A stretch of DNA of 64,000 nucleotides from a bacterium. Lineage in GTDB: Bacteria > Babelota > Babeliae > Babelales > Babelaceae. Positions 45,701 to 55,033 of the stretch are shown piece by piece. The notes beneath the pieces were generated by a model. The model did no database searches. It saw only the letters and a program-made list of their open reading frames with translations, and was not told where the DNA came from. Within the stretch, counting starts at the first letter, position 1. Each line of letters starts with the position of its first letter. Position numbers and translations under genes: made by a program. The DNA lies in the NCBI GenBank assembly GCA_023428375.1, contig JAEYYR010000002.1, positions 302,077-366,076 of the forward strand, written 5' to 3'.

Positions 45701-46144
45701 TTGAAGAAGATTTACGCAATACTATTTTTTTTTCTGATGTATGGTGAATTATTTTCTATGCATCCTACAGTAAGAATGGGCTTGGCTTCATCTTCGGTGA
45801 TTGTGCCAGGCATGTATTATTATCATAAGAATTATGCCAATGACAATGCGGAATATAATACAGGCAAAAACAATATGTATAAAGGTTACGTCAGTGGTGC
45901 TTGCTGGGGATTAATTCCCTATGTTAATTTTGCGATTCTTACTGGTCTAAGTCTCGGCACAATAGCAATTGATATCAATGATTGGTTTCGAGATGAGAAA
46001 ACAAAGTTGTTTAGAGACAACTATGATTCCAGTGCCGAAAGAAAAAAGGCTAAATTGACCGGTTTTATTTGTGGGTGTATTTCTTCAGGAATTACCTTTT
46101 TTGGTAATAGACCAGGATTTATTAGTCGTCTACGAAAAATTTAA
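45701..46144 (+). CDS. Hypothetical small membrane protein
   Basis: ORF with hydrophobic N-terminal and central segments. No recognisable domain. Confidence 0.4.
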   Translation: MKKIYAILFFFLMYGELFSMHPTVRMGLASSSVIVPGMYYYHKNYANDNAEYNTGKNNMYKGYVSGACWGLIPYVNFAILTGLSLGTIAIDINDWFRDEKTKLFRDNYDSSAERKKAKLTGFICGCISSGITFFGNRPGFISRLRKI

Positions 46145-46872
46145 TTTGTGCGTTCAAAATATGCTAAAAATTCTTTATTTCCTGATCCACCTAAAATAGG
46201 TGATTCGATCAATCCCAGACATTTATAGCCATATGCTTCAATTCCGGCGATAACGTTTTGCGTTACTTCTTCGTGAACTTTTGGATCTTTAATGATTCCC
46301 TTTTTACCTACTTGATGGCGTTCAGCTTCAAATTGTGGCTTAATGAGCGTTACAAGTTTGCCAGTGAGCTTTAATACCTTATTAATAGCTTCCATGACTT
46401 TTAATATTGAAATAAATGAAAGATCCAAGGTCACCATATCAACCAATTCACCAAGGTCTTCAAGATGGCGCAAATTTGTGCGTTCCATCACAATAACACG
46501 TGCATCAGACCGAATCTTTTCATGCACTTGTCCATACCCAACATCAACACCAAAAACTTTGGTGGCGCCTTGCTGCAATAAACAATCGGTGAATCCGCCA
46601 GTGGATAATCCTGCATCAAGTATTGTTAATCCTTTTACAGAGATATTAAAATATTCGAGTGCTCGTTCGAGTTTAAAGCCCGCGCGACAGACAAATTTTG
46701 GCTCTTCAATTTCTAGAATAATAGGCAATTCTTCGGATACGGCTACACCTGGTTTGGTTATTACTTTACCATCAACTAATACCTTGCCCTGCATAATATA
46801 ACTTTGGATGAGAGTCTTAGTTAAAGTAGGAAAATGTTCTTGTACAAGAGAATCGAGTCGTTTTTTTGCCAT
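46141..46872 (-). CDS. tlyA: TlyA-family rRNA 2'-O-methyltransferase (hemolysin A-like)
   Basis: N-terminal S4-like RLDSLV..KVLVDGKVITKPG, then FtsJ-like MTase motifs ILDAGLSTGGFTDCLLQQGA and VFGVDVGYGQ. Confidence 0.85.
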   Translation of the reverse strand: MAKKRLDSLVQEHFPTLTKTLIQSYIMQGKVLVDGKVITKPGVAVSEELPIILEIEEPKFVCRAGFKLERALEYFNISVKGLTILDAGLSTGGFTDCLLQQGATKVFGVDVGYGQVHEKIRSDARVIVMERTNLRHLEDLGELVDMVTLDLSFISILKVMEAINKVLKLTGKLVTLIKPQFEAERHQVGKKGIIKDPKVHEEVTQNVIAGIEAYGYKCLGLIESPILGGSGNKEFLAYFERTN

Positions 46873-46935
46873 TTTTGTGTATTCTTTGGTTGATTATTCA
46901 TTAGTTTCACACACAAAATCAAAAAAGGAAAGAAT

Positions 46936-47298
46936 ATGACCCACCTCTTATTAGTACTCTCTGTAATAGGTAGCTTCAATCAAGCGGGAGATTTGGAAGC
47001 ACATATTTGTCATACTGATGAACCCAGAAGAGAACCCAAGTATTTAAATGAAACTTCAGTATGTTTTGGTTTGCGCAAAGTTATTGATGAAACATTTGAA
47101 GAAAATAAAATATCTCCTGCAGAAGAAGAAACAACAAAGCCTAATGCAAGAAATATATTAAAGTCTCAATTCAAAATACGTTCACCGTATGTGACGGATC
47201 CCTATAATGATAGTTTCACCGATGAAGAAATGAAGACGCAATTAGCTATTCAAGCAGCACTGAAAAATCCATTAATACTAAATAAAAAGGTCCAATAA
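46936..47298 (+). CDS. Hypothetical small secreted protein
   Basis: ORF with signal-like MTHLLLVLSVIGSFNQA. No domain. Confidence 0.4.
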   Translation: MTHLLLVLSVIGSFNQAGDLEAHICHTDEPRREPKYLNETSVCFGLRKVIDETFEENKISPAEEETTKPNARNILKSQFKIRSPYVTDPYNDSFTDEEMKTQLAIQAALKNPLILNKKVQ

Positions 47299-47313
47299 TT
47301 TGGACCTTTTTTA
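47284..47313. terminator. Bidirectional rho-independent terminator
   Basis: AAGGTCCAA-taat-TTGGACCTT hairpin with flanking A- and T-runs. The stop codon is embedded in it. Confidence 0.65.
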
Positions 47314-47320
47314 TATCATG

Positions 47321-48949
47321 TTATTTGGTTGTTAAAAATTCTCTCATAAACGGTGTTATCGAGTAGAGATAATTTTTAGCAAGTTTTGATTCATCAGATA
47401 ATACTCTTTGCCATGGTAATACGGTAAAGAGATTTTCAGAAGTTTTCAGGGTTAAGAAATCATCTTTGCCACTCAATGCTACAGCATTTCTAAAATCTGA
47501 CAATGTTTTAACTTCTTTACCATTAACTTCTTTTAATATGGTACCTGGTCCAAAGGTGCGTGATTTGAATACCATTGAATCAGGGAAAATGTGGGTAACA
47601 ACAAGTCGTGGTTCCATTTGATTTCTAAAATCCATGAATTTAGATAATTCTGGTGCAACTTGCAGAAGTATTGGTAAGTGATTGAGCGCTAATTGCATTA
47701 CCACCATACCACCAACAATTTCATAATCAATATGTTCAAGCATTGGATTCATAGCACGAATGGCCGCAACTTCACATTGGTTAAAGGTGAATGAAATATT
47801 CTTTTTTACACCCTTGCGATAGATAACCATGTTAACTTTTTCACCGATGGTGAGTCGCGCTACAAAATCAACTACATTAATTCTATCTTCTTTGTTCCAG
47901 CCTTCCATTTCACCAAAGTTATCGATTTTACGTCCATTAATTTCGTAAATCATATCACCTGGCAAAACACCAGCTTTTTGCAATGGGCCACCTTTGTAAG
48001 TCTCAACAACATACAGACCACCTGGTTGTGGATTGCCTAAATATTCCACTAATGCAGGTGTTGCATTGCAATAGAATACGCCAATGAATGGTTTGCGTAA
48101 TAGTTTTACCCCATTAATTGCTGGAGCGGCTTCAAGTTGTTTTAAGAAAAGTGATACTTCATTACTTGGAATTATATAGCCAACATTTTGTGCGCCACCA
48201 TAGATACCTGCACGACTTACGCCAACTACTTCACCTTTCATATTGAGGCATGGGCCACCAGAGCTACCGGGATTAATTGGTGCTGATATTTGCAGCATGA
48301 AGTGTCCTTCAATGTGCTCTTGACCGCTCACAACGCCTGTTGTGCTTTTTAAAGATTGTTGGCTCAATGGATAACCGAGTGCCATGATTTCTTCGGCGCG
48401 ATGTACTTGATCAGAATTTGAAAGTGGTAAATATCGTATCGTTCCTAATGATGATTCTAACGCTTTTTTATCTTCATCAGTTAACTTGAGAAGTGCAAGA
48501 TCGCGATCAGGACTTACACCAATTATATTAACTTCAAAGCGTCGTTTACCAAAGGATGGTATTTGAATTGTTAATGAACGAGCTTGATCAACAACGTGCG
48601 CATTAGTAATAATGTGCCCTTGATCATCAATAAAAAATCCACTACCGGTAGCAAGAAGTTGATTTGGACTTTTGTAAGGTTCAAGCCAATTAAATTGTGC
48701 AATGTTAGGAAAAATTTGTACTACCGTATCCTGAAGTTTTGGCTGTAATTCATTCCATCGATAAATAATTGGATTTATTGCAGGACCTTGAGGAACGTCA
48801 GTCCGATACGTGCTTCCGATTGAGTTTTTTAACTGTTCCACTACCATTTGTTGTTCTTGCACGGTCCAATACAAAGTGTAGGTAATATATCCGAGTGCTC
48901 CAATACCAACAAGAAACAATGTTGCTAAAAATTGTCTACGCATATGCAT
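47321..48949 (-). CDS. htrA: HtrA/DegP-family periplasmic serine protease with two PDZ domains
   Basis: GSGFFIDDQGHIITNAHVV (His), DLALLKL (Asp), PGSSGGPCLN (GNSGGP-type Ser), and a C-terminal PDZ-like region. Confidence 0.9.
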   Translation of the reverse strand: MHMRRQFLATLFLVGIGALGYITYTLYWTVQEQQMVVEQLKNSIGSTYRTDVPQGPAINPIIYRWNELQPKLQDTVVQIFPNIAQFNWLEPYKSPNQLLATGSGFFIDDQGHIITNAHVVDQARSLTIQIPSFGKRRFEVNIIGVSPDRDLALLKLTDEDKKALESSLGTIRYLPLSNSDQVHRAEEIMALGYPLSQQSLKSTTGVVSGQEHIEGHFMLQISAPINPGSSGGPCLNMKGEVVGVSRAGIYGGAQNVGYIIPSNEVSLFLKQLEAAPAINGVKLLRKPFIGVFYCNATPALVEYLGNPQPGGLYVVETYKGGPLQKAGVLPGDMIYEINGRKIDNFGEMEGWNKEDRINVVDFVARLTIGEKVNMVIYRKGVKKNISFTFNQCEVAAIRAMNPMLEHIDYEIVGGMVVMQLALNHLPILLQVAPELSKFMDFRNQMEPRLVVTHIFPDSMVFKSRTFGPGTILKEVNGKEVKTLSDFRNAVALSGKDDFLTLKTSENLFTVLPWQRVLSDESKLAKNYLYSITPFMREFLTTK

Positions 48950-49002
48950 TCCTTTTTATATGAGTTAGCGTGTTGCTAGTCTACTGCAAAGCATCCGGTG
49001 TG

Positions 49003-50112
49003 TCATGTTTTAAGGGTGTTGATACTTGACCGACGCGCAATCAATCCTTGGAGTGCGCCAAGACTTATAAAGGTGATCCATAAATTGGTGACGCCATAAC
49101 TTAAGAGTGGTAATGGTATGCCAACGATGGGAAGTAAACCAATAACCATGCCCATATTAATAATGGTTGAAAAAATTAAATGGATTGATAAACCGACCGC
49201 TAGTAATTGATATATGGGATGATGTATTAAAGCTATCGTATATAAAATGCGAAGATACATAACAATATATATTATAATGATGAGCATTGCTCCTAAAAAA
49301 CCCATTTCCTCTCCTATGACAGAGAAAATAAAATCGGTGCGTGATTCAGGTAAAAACTGTAATTTGTTTTGTGTGCCTTTTAGAAATCCTTTTCCGAGAA
49401 AACAACCGGAGCCAACGGCAATTTTTGATTGTTCAAGATGATAGCGTTCTTTTCTTGTGTCTCCATAGCCTAAAAAAACCAGAATGCGTTGTTTTTGATA
49501 GTTTTTTAAAAGATGCCACGAGATCGGGGCAGAGAGACTTAAGAAGATTAAAGTTGCATAAAAAAATTTCTTTGGAAGTCCTGCAAGCCATAACATCACT
49601 GCACTGGAAAATAAAATAATTAAAGCGGTTCCTAAGTCGGGTTGTTTTAAAATTAATAATGTACTAAAACCCAAGATGAGAATTATGGGAATGAAATCTA
49701 TAATACTGCGGAGAGGTTTTTCTTCCGTTAACATGTAGTAGGTAAAAAATCCAGGAAAAAATATTTTTGATAATTCGGATGGTTGAAATTTAATAAATCC
49801 CAAATTTATCCATCTTCCTGCTCCCATAGCAATTTTACCTTTTAACAAAGTAAAAATAAGCAAGCATATCGTGATGATAAAGAGAAAATAAGACCAACGT
49901 TGTAATGTGCGATAATCGATAATGAGGATTAAAAAATATAATGCTAATCCACTAATAATCCCATAACACTGTTTATAAAAATACAATGAATATGGTTTGT
50001 TGACTTGATAGGTAGCACTCATAACAAATAAGAGGCCAATAGCAGACAGTACCATCATGCAACCAAAAGTGATCCAATCAAAGGTACGTATGGATCGAAT
50101 ATCAATTTTCAT
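49003..50112 (-). CDS. rodA: SEDS-family rod-shape protein RodA
   Basis: Second SEDS paralog (GAGRWINLGFIKFQPSELSK; FIFSVIGEEMG), distinct from the dcw-linked ftsW. Confidence 0.8.
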   Translation of the reverse strand: MKIDIRSIRTFDWITFGCMMVLSAIGLLFVMSATYQVNKPYSLYFYKQCYGIISGLALYFLILIIDYRTLQRWSYFLFIITICLLIFTLLKGKIAMGAGRWINLGFIKFQPSELSKIFFPGFFTYYMLTEEKPLRSIIDFIPIILILGFSTLLILKQPDLGTALIILFSSAVMLWLAGLPKKFFYATLIFLSLSAPISWHLLKNYQKQRILVFLGYGDTRKERYHLEQSKIAVGSGCFLGKGFLKGTQNKLQFLPESRTDFIFSVIGEEMGFLGAMLIIIIYIVMYLRILYTIALIHHPIYQLLAVGLSIHLIFSTIINMGMVIGLLPIVGIPLPLLSYGVTNLWITFISLGALQGLIARRSSINTLKT

Positions 50113-50884
50113 GCATAGTATCTTTCGGATATTTTTTTAATTGTTTGGTAAGTGCCTCATAATAATGCTTATAAATATCTAATCGCGCTTCTTCGATGAC
50201 ACGCCAAATTGAGTTGCTCAAGGCTTGCTGCTTGATCATTAATTCCCATGACTGGTTATTTATAATCGTCAGTTGATCATTGCATTGTTTAAATGGCATC
50301 ACCAATAACGATGCAAACCATTGGGTGATGTTATCAACCATGGAGCGTTTGCCCATCAGACTTTGCAATAATTGAACGCTGTTGAATGCTTTTTGGCTGT
50401 AGTCAGCAAGGGATGTTAAGCAATCTTTAAGCCGATATGATTCATATGCCGTAGCTTTTAAAACTGCTGCGCGGGCTTCATGGCGTACATAGTTAAAAGC
50501 TTCTAACAATCTAGAATCTGAATCAACGAGAGATACAGTGTGATCATAATACAAACAGGTGTTTATATATAATTCTTTTTGGAGAGCCCAATTTTTAGCT
50601 ATCTCGCTATGGGTAATTTTTGCATCAGTACATTTTGCTGGTTGTAATCGTGTCTCAGAAATAAAATCAGTTTCTTCTTGGACAAATTCAACTAATGTTG
50701 CAGCAAGGTCTTGGGTTTTAAGCATTGCTTGGATTCGTTTGATTGCTGCATCCAAGGTTGTTAACATCAATTCTTGTTCATCATAGGATAAAGGTTTTAT
50801 ATGATGCGAAATCCAAAAATCTATGGTATGGATATGGGAACAGAGTAATAGAATGGTATAAAAAATTTTTTTTGGGTCCGACAT
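50102..50884 (-). CDS. Hypothetical secreted protein
   Basis: Signal-like MSDPKKIFYTILLLCSHIHT. 11-nt overlap with rodA. No domain. Confidence 0.45.
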   Translation of the reverse strand: MSDPKKIFYTILLLCSHIHTIDFWISHHIKPLSYDEQELMLTTLDAAIKRIQAMLKTQDLAATLVEFVQEETDFISETRLQPAKCTDAKITHSEIAKNWALQKELYINTCLYYDHTVSLVDSDSRLLEAFNYVRHEARAAVLKATAYESYRLKDCLTSLADYSQKAFNSVQLLQSLMGKRSMVDNITQWFASLLVMPFKQCNDQLTIINNQSWELMIKQQALSNSIWRVIEEARLDIYKHYYEALTKQLKKYPKDTMHEN

Positions 50885-51086
50885 TTAAACTCCTTCATAC
50901 ATAACTCATGAAAAAGTATAGCATCCCGGGACTTGTTCGTCGAAGCTTTAGCGAATCGTCAATAATTGTTTTAATCAGACGATTTAATCGCGGCTTCAAG
51001 TTGAAAAATAGGTTAGCTATGATTAATTCTTTATTTATAAAATGAATTTTTTCTATACTGAAAAATATAATATAAAGAGGATAACC

Positions 51087-51497
51087 ATGTTTACAATTAG
51101 CTTTTTCAATTTTAAGAAATATATTGTATTTTTTAGTATTATTTTCTTTCAACAATTTAACTTTGCAGCCGAACAACCGGATATTTTTAAGTATTATATT
51201 GATACGGAAATAGTCGGACGACCAGGGATTGAAAGGAGGATCGAATTCTTTATTTATCCTGATACTGTGGGTTATTTGGCACAAATTGCAATGCAATTTA
51301 ATAAAGCACGTCGGACAATGATGGAAGAAGGATTTGATTATTTTCCAGGTCTAGAAATTATGAGAAAAGTATATCTTAAGGATTCAATGGAAAAAGTACT
51401 TAAATCAGAAAAAATGAATGAACAAATGTTTTATCAATTAAGAAAACTTCTTGATGAGACAGTATTTAAGGATGAGAAAGTAGCGCGTTCTGCATAA
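51087..51497 (+). CDS. Hypothetical small secreted protein (preferred over the antisense ORF 50895-51296)
   Basis: Signal-like MFTISFFNFKKYIVFFSIIFFQQFNFAA. A perfect terminator follows. Confidence 0.4.
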   Translation: MFTISFFNFKKYIVFFSIIFFQQFNFAAEQPDIFKYYIDTEIVGRPGIERRIEFFIYPDTVGYLAQIAMQFNKARRTMMEEGFDYFPGLEIMRKVYLKDSMEKVLKSEKMNEQMFYQLRKLLDETVFKDEKVARSA

Positions 51498-51545
51498 TAT
51501 TATTCTCGATTATTCGTAATTCTTGTAGAATATTCAGTCATAAAA

Positions 51546-51582
51546 AAGGTTCGAGATATTTAAATATCTCGAACCTTTTTTA
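51546..51582. terminator. Bidirectional rho-independent terminator
   Basis: AAGGTTCGAGATATTTAAATATCTCGAACCTT perfect 14-bp stem with flanking A- and T-runs. Confidence 0.65.
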
Positions 51583-51595
51583 TAAATTATTTTAT

Positions 51596-52270
51596 TTAGT
51601 TTAATATTTTTTCGTATTGAATTGCTTCAAGTGCTTTCATAGGTGCTGGCTGAATTTCAGACTTAACAAATCCTTCAGATTCATATAATTGAATCGCGGC
51701 TTCATTAGTCATATTAACATTCAGACGAAATTCTTTGATTTCGGGATACATTTCTTTTGCTACTTCTATTGCATACTCAAGAAGCATTCTACCATAACCT
51801 TGGTGTCTAAATTCTTGGGAAACCGCTAAGCATTCAAGTTCAATATAATAAGCGCATTCTTCGAGCGTTTTTTTAACTTGGGGCGCGATTTGAAGAATTT
51901 GCTCTTCTGAAAAATCAGGAAGTCCCATCAGTGCAAATTGCTCTTGCATGTCTTTGACGCAAATTTCACGCGCTTTATGAAATTCTATAAAGCCAATAAC
52001 TTTGTCGTTAAGTAAAAGTACTTTAGTATAATTTTCTTCTTTATCAAAAAGTGCTGCGATTTCTAATCTTGCTTGAGCAATAAAAGCACCTTCAGGCATA
52101 CCACTACGAGTTACTACAGAATAACCAGCCAAAAATTTTTCTGGATTTTCAAATGCGATAGAAATGATTGCATTTTTATGATCTGGTTGATAATCAATGA
52201 TGATGGGTTGAGGTTTTTCGTGGGCGAATAGTAAAGATGTGCATAATAAACTTAATAAGAATTTATTCAT
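51596..52270 (-). CDS. GNAT-family N-acetyltransferase with N-terminal signal peptide
   Basis: MNKFLLSLLCTSLLFAHE signal. FRHQGYGRMLLEYAIEVAKE is an acetyl-CoA-binding motif A-like block (Q/RxxGxG/A). Confidence 0.7.
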   Translation of the reverse strand: MNKFLLSLLCTSLLFAHEKPQPIIIDYQPDHKNAIISIAFENPEKFLAGYSVVTRSGMPEGAFIAQARLEIAALFDKEENYTKVLLLNDKVIGFIEFHKAREICVKDMQEQFALMGLPDFSEEQILQIAPQVKKTLEECAYYIELECLAVSQEFRHQGYGRMLLEYAIEVAKEMYPEIKEFRLNVNMTNEAAIQLYESEGFVKSEIQPAPMKALEAIQYEKILN

Positions 52271-52374
52271 GAAGAACTCCTAATACCTGGTTATGCTTCG
52301 CTAATCGGTATGAGATTTGATGTGGATTACTACTCAGAATTAAAGACGTATTAAAAGATAGGATTTATAAAGTA

Positions 52375-52452
52375 TGGTCGGGGTGGCCAGACTCGAACCG
52401 ACAACCCCTCGCTCCCAAAGCGAGTGCGCTACCAATTGCGCCACACCCCGAC
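52375..52452 (-). tRNA. tRNA-Pro (anticodon UGG), CCA encoded
   Basis: Reverse complement GTCGGGGTGTGGCGCAATTGGTAGCGCACTCGCTTTGGGAGCGAGGGGTTGTCGGTTCGAGTCTGGCCACCCCGACCA folds into a cloverleaf. Anticodon loop TTTGGGA. Confidence 0.85.
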
Positions 52453-52519
52453 AAAATTTATTTCAAAAGATAGATGTACAAGTAATTTATACCTTTTTTT
52501 ATAACCTTGCAAGCAAAAT

Positions 52520-53029
52520 TTAGATATTTTTTATCTTAATTTCACTTAAAGTTCCTTTAATGTATACATGAACCTGAGGCTGTTCCTCAAATCCAGGAGT
52601 ACGATAGGTATAGGTGCCTAGCGTGATCATTGTTTCGTCAGGAAAGCGCACGCTTGCCAAACTTGAGTCAGCAGTAATTTTTATAGGTTTTGCGGGATCC
52701 AATAAAATTTTTATCGAGCTGCATACGCCTTCAATGACGATGTCATGTTGTTTGCTGCAATCGATTGATGCGAGATTAATTTTCTTTGATGCAAAAAAAA
52801 GTGAATAACGATCTTTTAATACACCATCGCTTGATAATGATTCTTTTTCTGAACTTAAGAAATAAAATGATTGACCGTGATGGCTTTTTGCAAGAAGCCA
52901 AAATCCGGTAAACATAATAATGATACCCGTCATAATACGCAAAATCATCGGCAAATCACGCGTAATGAGAGACAATCCAAAGAGAATGAAAAGCAAGCCA
53001 AGGGTTGCAGGAGAGTTATTTGAGAACAT
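52520..53029 (-). CDS. Hypothetical membrane protein (2 TM helices plus a beta-rich C-terminal domain)
   Basis: ORF with hydrophobic segments LGLLFILFGLSLI and IIIMFTGFWLLA. No domain. Confidence 0.45.
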   Translation of the reverse strand: MFSNNSPATLGLLFILFGLSLITRDLPMILRIMTGIIIMFTGFWLLAKSHHGQSFYFLSSEKESLSSDGVLKDRYSLFFASKKINLASIDCSKQHDIVIEGVCSSIKILLDPAKPIKITADSSLASVRFPDETMITLGTYTYRTPGFEEQPQVHVYIKGTLSEIKIKNI

Positions 53030-53038
53030 AGTAAAGAT

Positions 53039-53684
53039 TTATTCGAATAGGTAAGAATATAAATTTTTTGAGTATGTAATTAGAACGCCATTAACGGTAC
53101 CAAATATAAATGCGGCTAAGAGACTTGGTGCCTTTACAGTAAATAAATACACGGAAGATGCATATCCTAGTAAAAGAAAAATGCTTATTAAACAACCAAT
53201 TATAAATTTATAATTCATAATTAACCTACTAAAATTTGTATAAGTGAATAAATTGACCAACCTGAAAGAATAATGAGTAATTGATATCTTAGAAAATTTT
53301 TACGGTTTTTATAAAAGCGAGGAATTCGATCTTCTAAAAGGGGCTTAAATAAAGTCATTATGCTTGCGAATGCCATGTTTAACCAAAACATGACAAGAAA
53401 AAACTGCGTATCGGTAATCATAGATAATTAAAGAATTTGAGCAATAAATATGCCGCTATGGCACATCCTGTAAAAAATCCCAAAATACTATCTGTGTATT
53501 TGTTTTTAGGAAAATAATATTCAAGAATTGGTTTTAAGATTAGAAAAAATAGCACTACAAAAAAGGTACTATAGAGAGTTGTAAACAAGATAAATTCATA
53601 AAATGTAAGCATGTAGAAATACCAGATAAATGTATTTTGAGGTTTTTGAGTTTGTTTTTTGAAGAGAAATACGGAATTGTTCAC
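53039..53684 (-). other. Three short overlapping hydrophobic ORFs in three frames; possibly one disrupted membrane-protein gene
   Basis: ORFs 53418-53684, 53221-53421 and 53039-53260 are all strongly hydrophobic and overlap end-to-start in shifted frames. Confidence 0.25.
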
Positions 53685-53694
53685 TAAGACTTTT

Positions 53695-53771
53695 TGGGGT
53701 GAACGGTGGGGATCGAACCCACGACCCTCAGAGCCACAACCTGATGCTCTACCAACTGAGCTACGTTCACC
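53695..53771 (-). tRNA. tRNA-His (anticodon GUG) with genomically encoded G-1 and CCA
   Basis: Reverse complement G-GTGAACGTAGCTCAGTTGGTAGAGCATCAGGTTGTGGCTCTGAGGGTCGTGGGTTCGATCCCCACCGTTCAC-C-CCA. Anticodon loop TTGTGGC. The extra 5' G pairs with discriminator C73. Confidence 0.85.
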
Positions 53772-53822
53772 ACATATGCACTATAGTATAGGTTTTTCCT
53801 CACAAAATGCAAAATATTTTTG

Positions 53823-54644
53823 TTATTTAGTCAGTGGAATCAACGGTAGGGTGCTACCACCAGCCACTTGAGGCAATCTGCCATCCCATTTTTCAATCGC
53901 TTTAATCTGAGCTTCAATTTCTTGAAGTTTAATCAATTCTTGCGTCACGGCAGCTTTTCGAGCATTTAATGAATATGCTTCAGCGTCTGCGCGTGTCTTG
54001 GTTTGTACCGCTTCTTCTTTGATCTTTTCGGTCAAATTTTTAGCTTGTTTTGCATGTTGTTCAGCAATCTGTTTTTCTTCAACTGCTTTGATAAACTCTT
54101 TAGAAAAATCTAAATGAGTAAAGTTGAAGTCAACAAGCTCGATGTAGCGGGTAGCAAATCGTTCTGCAAGTTCTTTGATTACCATGTCTTTTGCTTCATG
54201 ACGACGTTGGATCAAATCTTCTGCCGTAAATTTTGCAACAACTGACTTCAAAGTTTCTTGGGTGAATGGATCAATAATAATCGTCTCATATTGTGTGCCA
54301 ATTTCTTGGTACAGTAATAATGGATTTTTTATGCGATAATTGACCACCATTCCTACCGATACTGGTTGTAAGTCTTTAGACATTGCCAGCGTTTCAATAT
54401 CAGGAAATGCTTTACGAATTCTGAGGTCCATAGGCACAACGGAATCTACAAACGGAATTTTGGAGTAAAATCCAGGATTAGTTTCAGCTTTTAGAATGCG
54501 ACCAAGTCGAATTTGTAAGGCACATTGCCCGGGATTAACCGTATAAAATGCTTCGTTCCACAGGAGCGCAATGCTCAATGCAGCAAGTACAAAAGTAATG
54601 AGAAAAAATGGTACGTATGAACGTTCATTGTGTGTGTTGTACAT
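53823..54644 (-). CDS. SPFH/band-7 protein (prohibitin/HflC-like)
   Basis: N-terminal TM (FFLITFVLAALSIALLW), an SPFH core, and a C-terminal coiled coil (EQHAKQAKNLTEKIKEEAVQTKTRADAEAY). Confidence 0.75.
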   Translation of the reverse strand: MYNTHNERSYVPFFLITFVLAALSIALLWNEAFYTVNPGQCALQIRLGRILKAETNPGFYSKIPFVDSVVPMDLRIRKAFPDIETLAMSKDLQPVSVGMVVNYRIKNPLLLYQEIGTQYETIIIDPFTQETLKSVVAKFTAEDLIQRRHEAKDMVIKELAERFATRYIELVDFNFTHLDFSKEFIKAVEEKQIAEQHAKQAKNLTEKIKEEAVQTKTRADAEAYSLNARKAAVTQELIKLQEIEAQIKAIEKWDGRLPQVAGGSTLPLIPLTK

Positions 54645-54669
54645 AATGCGTTCCTTCCAGAATAGTGAA

Positions 54670-55033
54670 TTAAATGTCTTTAGGGCTTTTTTCTTTAGGA
54701 ATACAACTTTTTTGGTAAAGTTCTTTTAGTTGATTGTATCTGTTTTTTGGGTCAACGAGTGATAACCAAGATGCTCGTCCATTATGACGTGCAATATAAT
54801 AAGACGATGCTGTATAGAGCTGTGTAGCAGAATCGTAAGATGCTTTATTGGTTGTGGTTTCGTATCTTGTAACAGAGCCTTCAACATACATGTGAATGCC
54901 GGGATCTCTCTGTTTCTTAGCTAATGCTGTAGGGTTAACAGGATTTAAGCCGGGGAGTTCTCAAGTTTCTGTCTGAAGTTACAATGCTCATAGGAAGCAT
55001 TAAAACGAGGAGTGATGTATTCAGATTAAACAT
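54670..55033 (-). pseudogene. Small secreted-protein gene split by a frameshift at a CCCC run (authentic pseudogene, phase-variable, or sequencing error)
   Basis: ORF a (55033-54935) encodes the signal peptide MFNLNTSLLVLMLPMSIVTSDRNL. ORF b (frame offset by 1, open 54960-54670) continues ..LNPVNPTALAKK..YVEGSVTRYETTT. The frames overlap across GGGG/CCCC at 54952-54955. Confidence 0.35.

Noticed and set aside
50895-51296. Minus-strand 133-aa ORF overlapping the 51087-51497 plus-strand ORF
   Set aside because: Low-complexity, Ile/Asn/Lys-rich translation typical of AT-rich noise. The plus-strand ORF has a signal peptide and a perfect downstream terminator, so it was preferred.
52375-53771. 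Integrative mobile element at the tRNA-Pro/tRNA-His locus
   Set aside because: No integrase, recombinase or transposase ORF and no obvious duplicated tRNA 3' segment. Only degraded hydrophobic ORFs are present.
53659-53871. Plus-strand 70-aa ORF
   Set aside because: It overlaps tRNA-His on the opposite strand and the start of the SPFH gene, so it is spurious.
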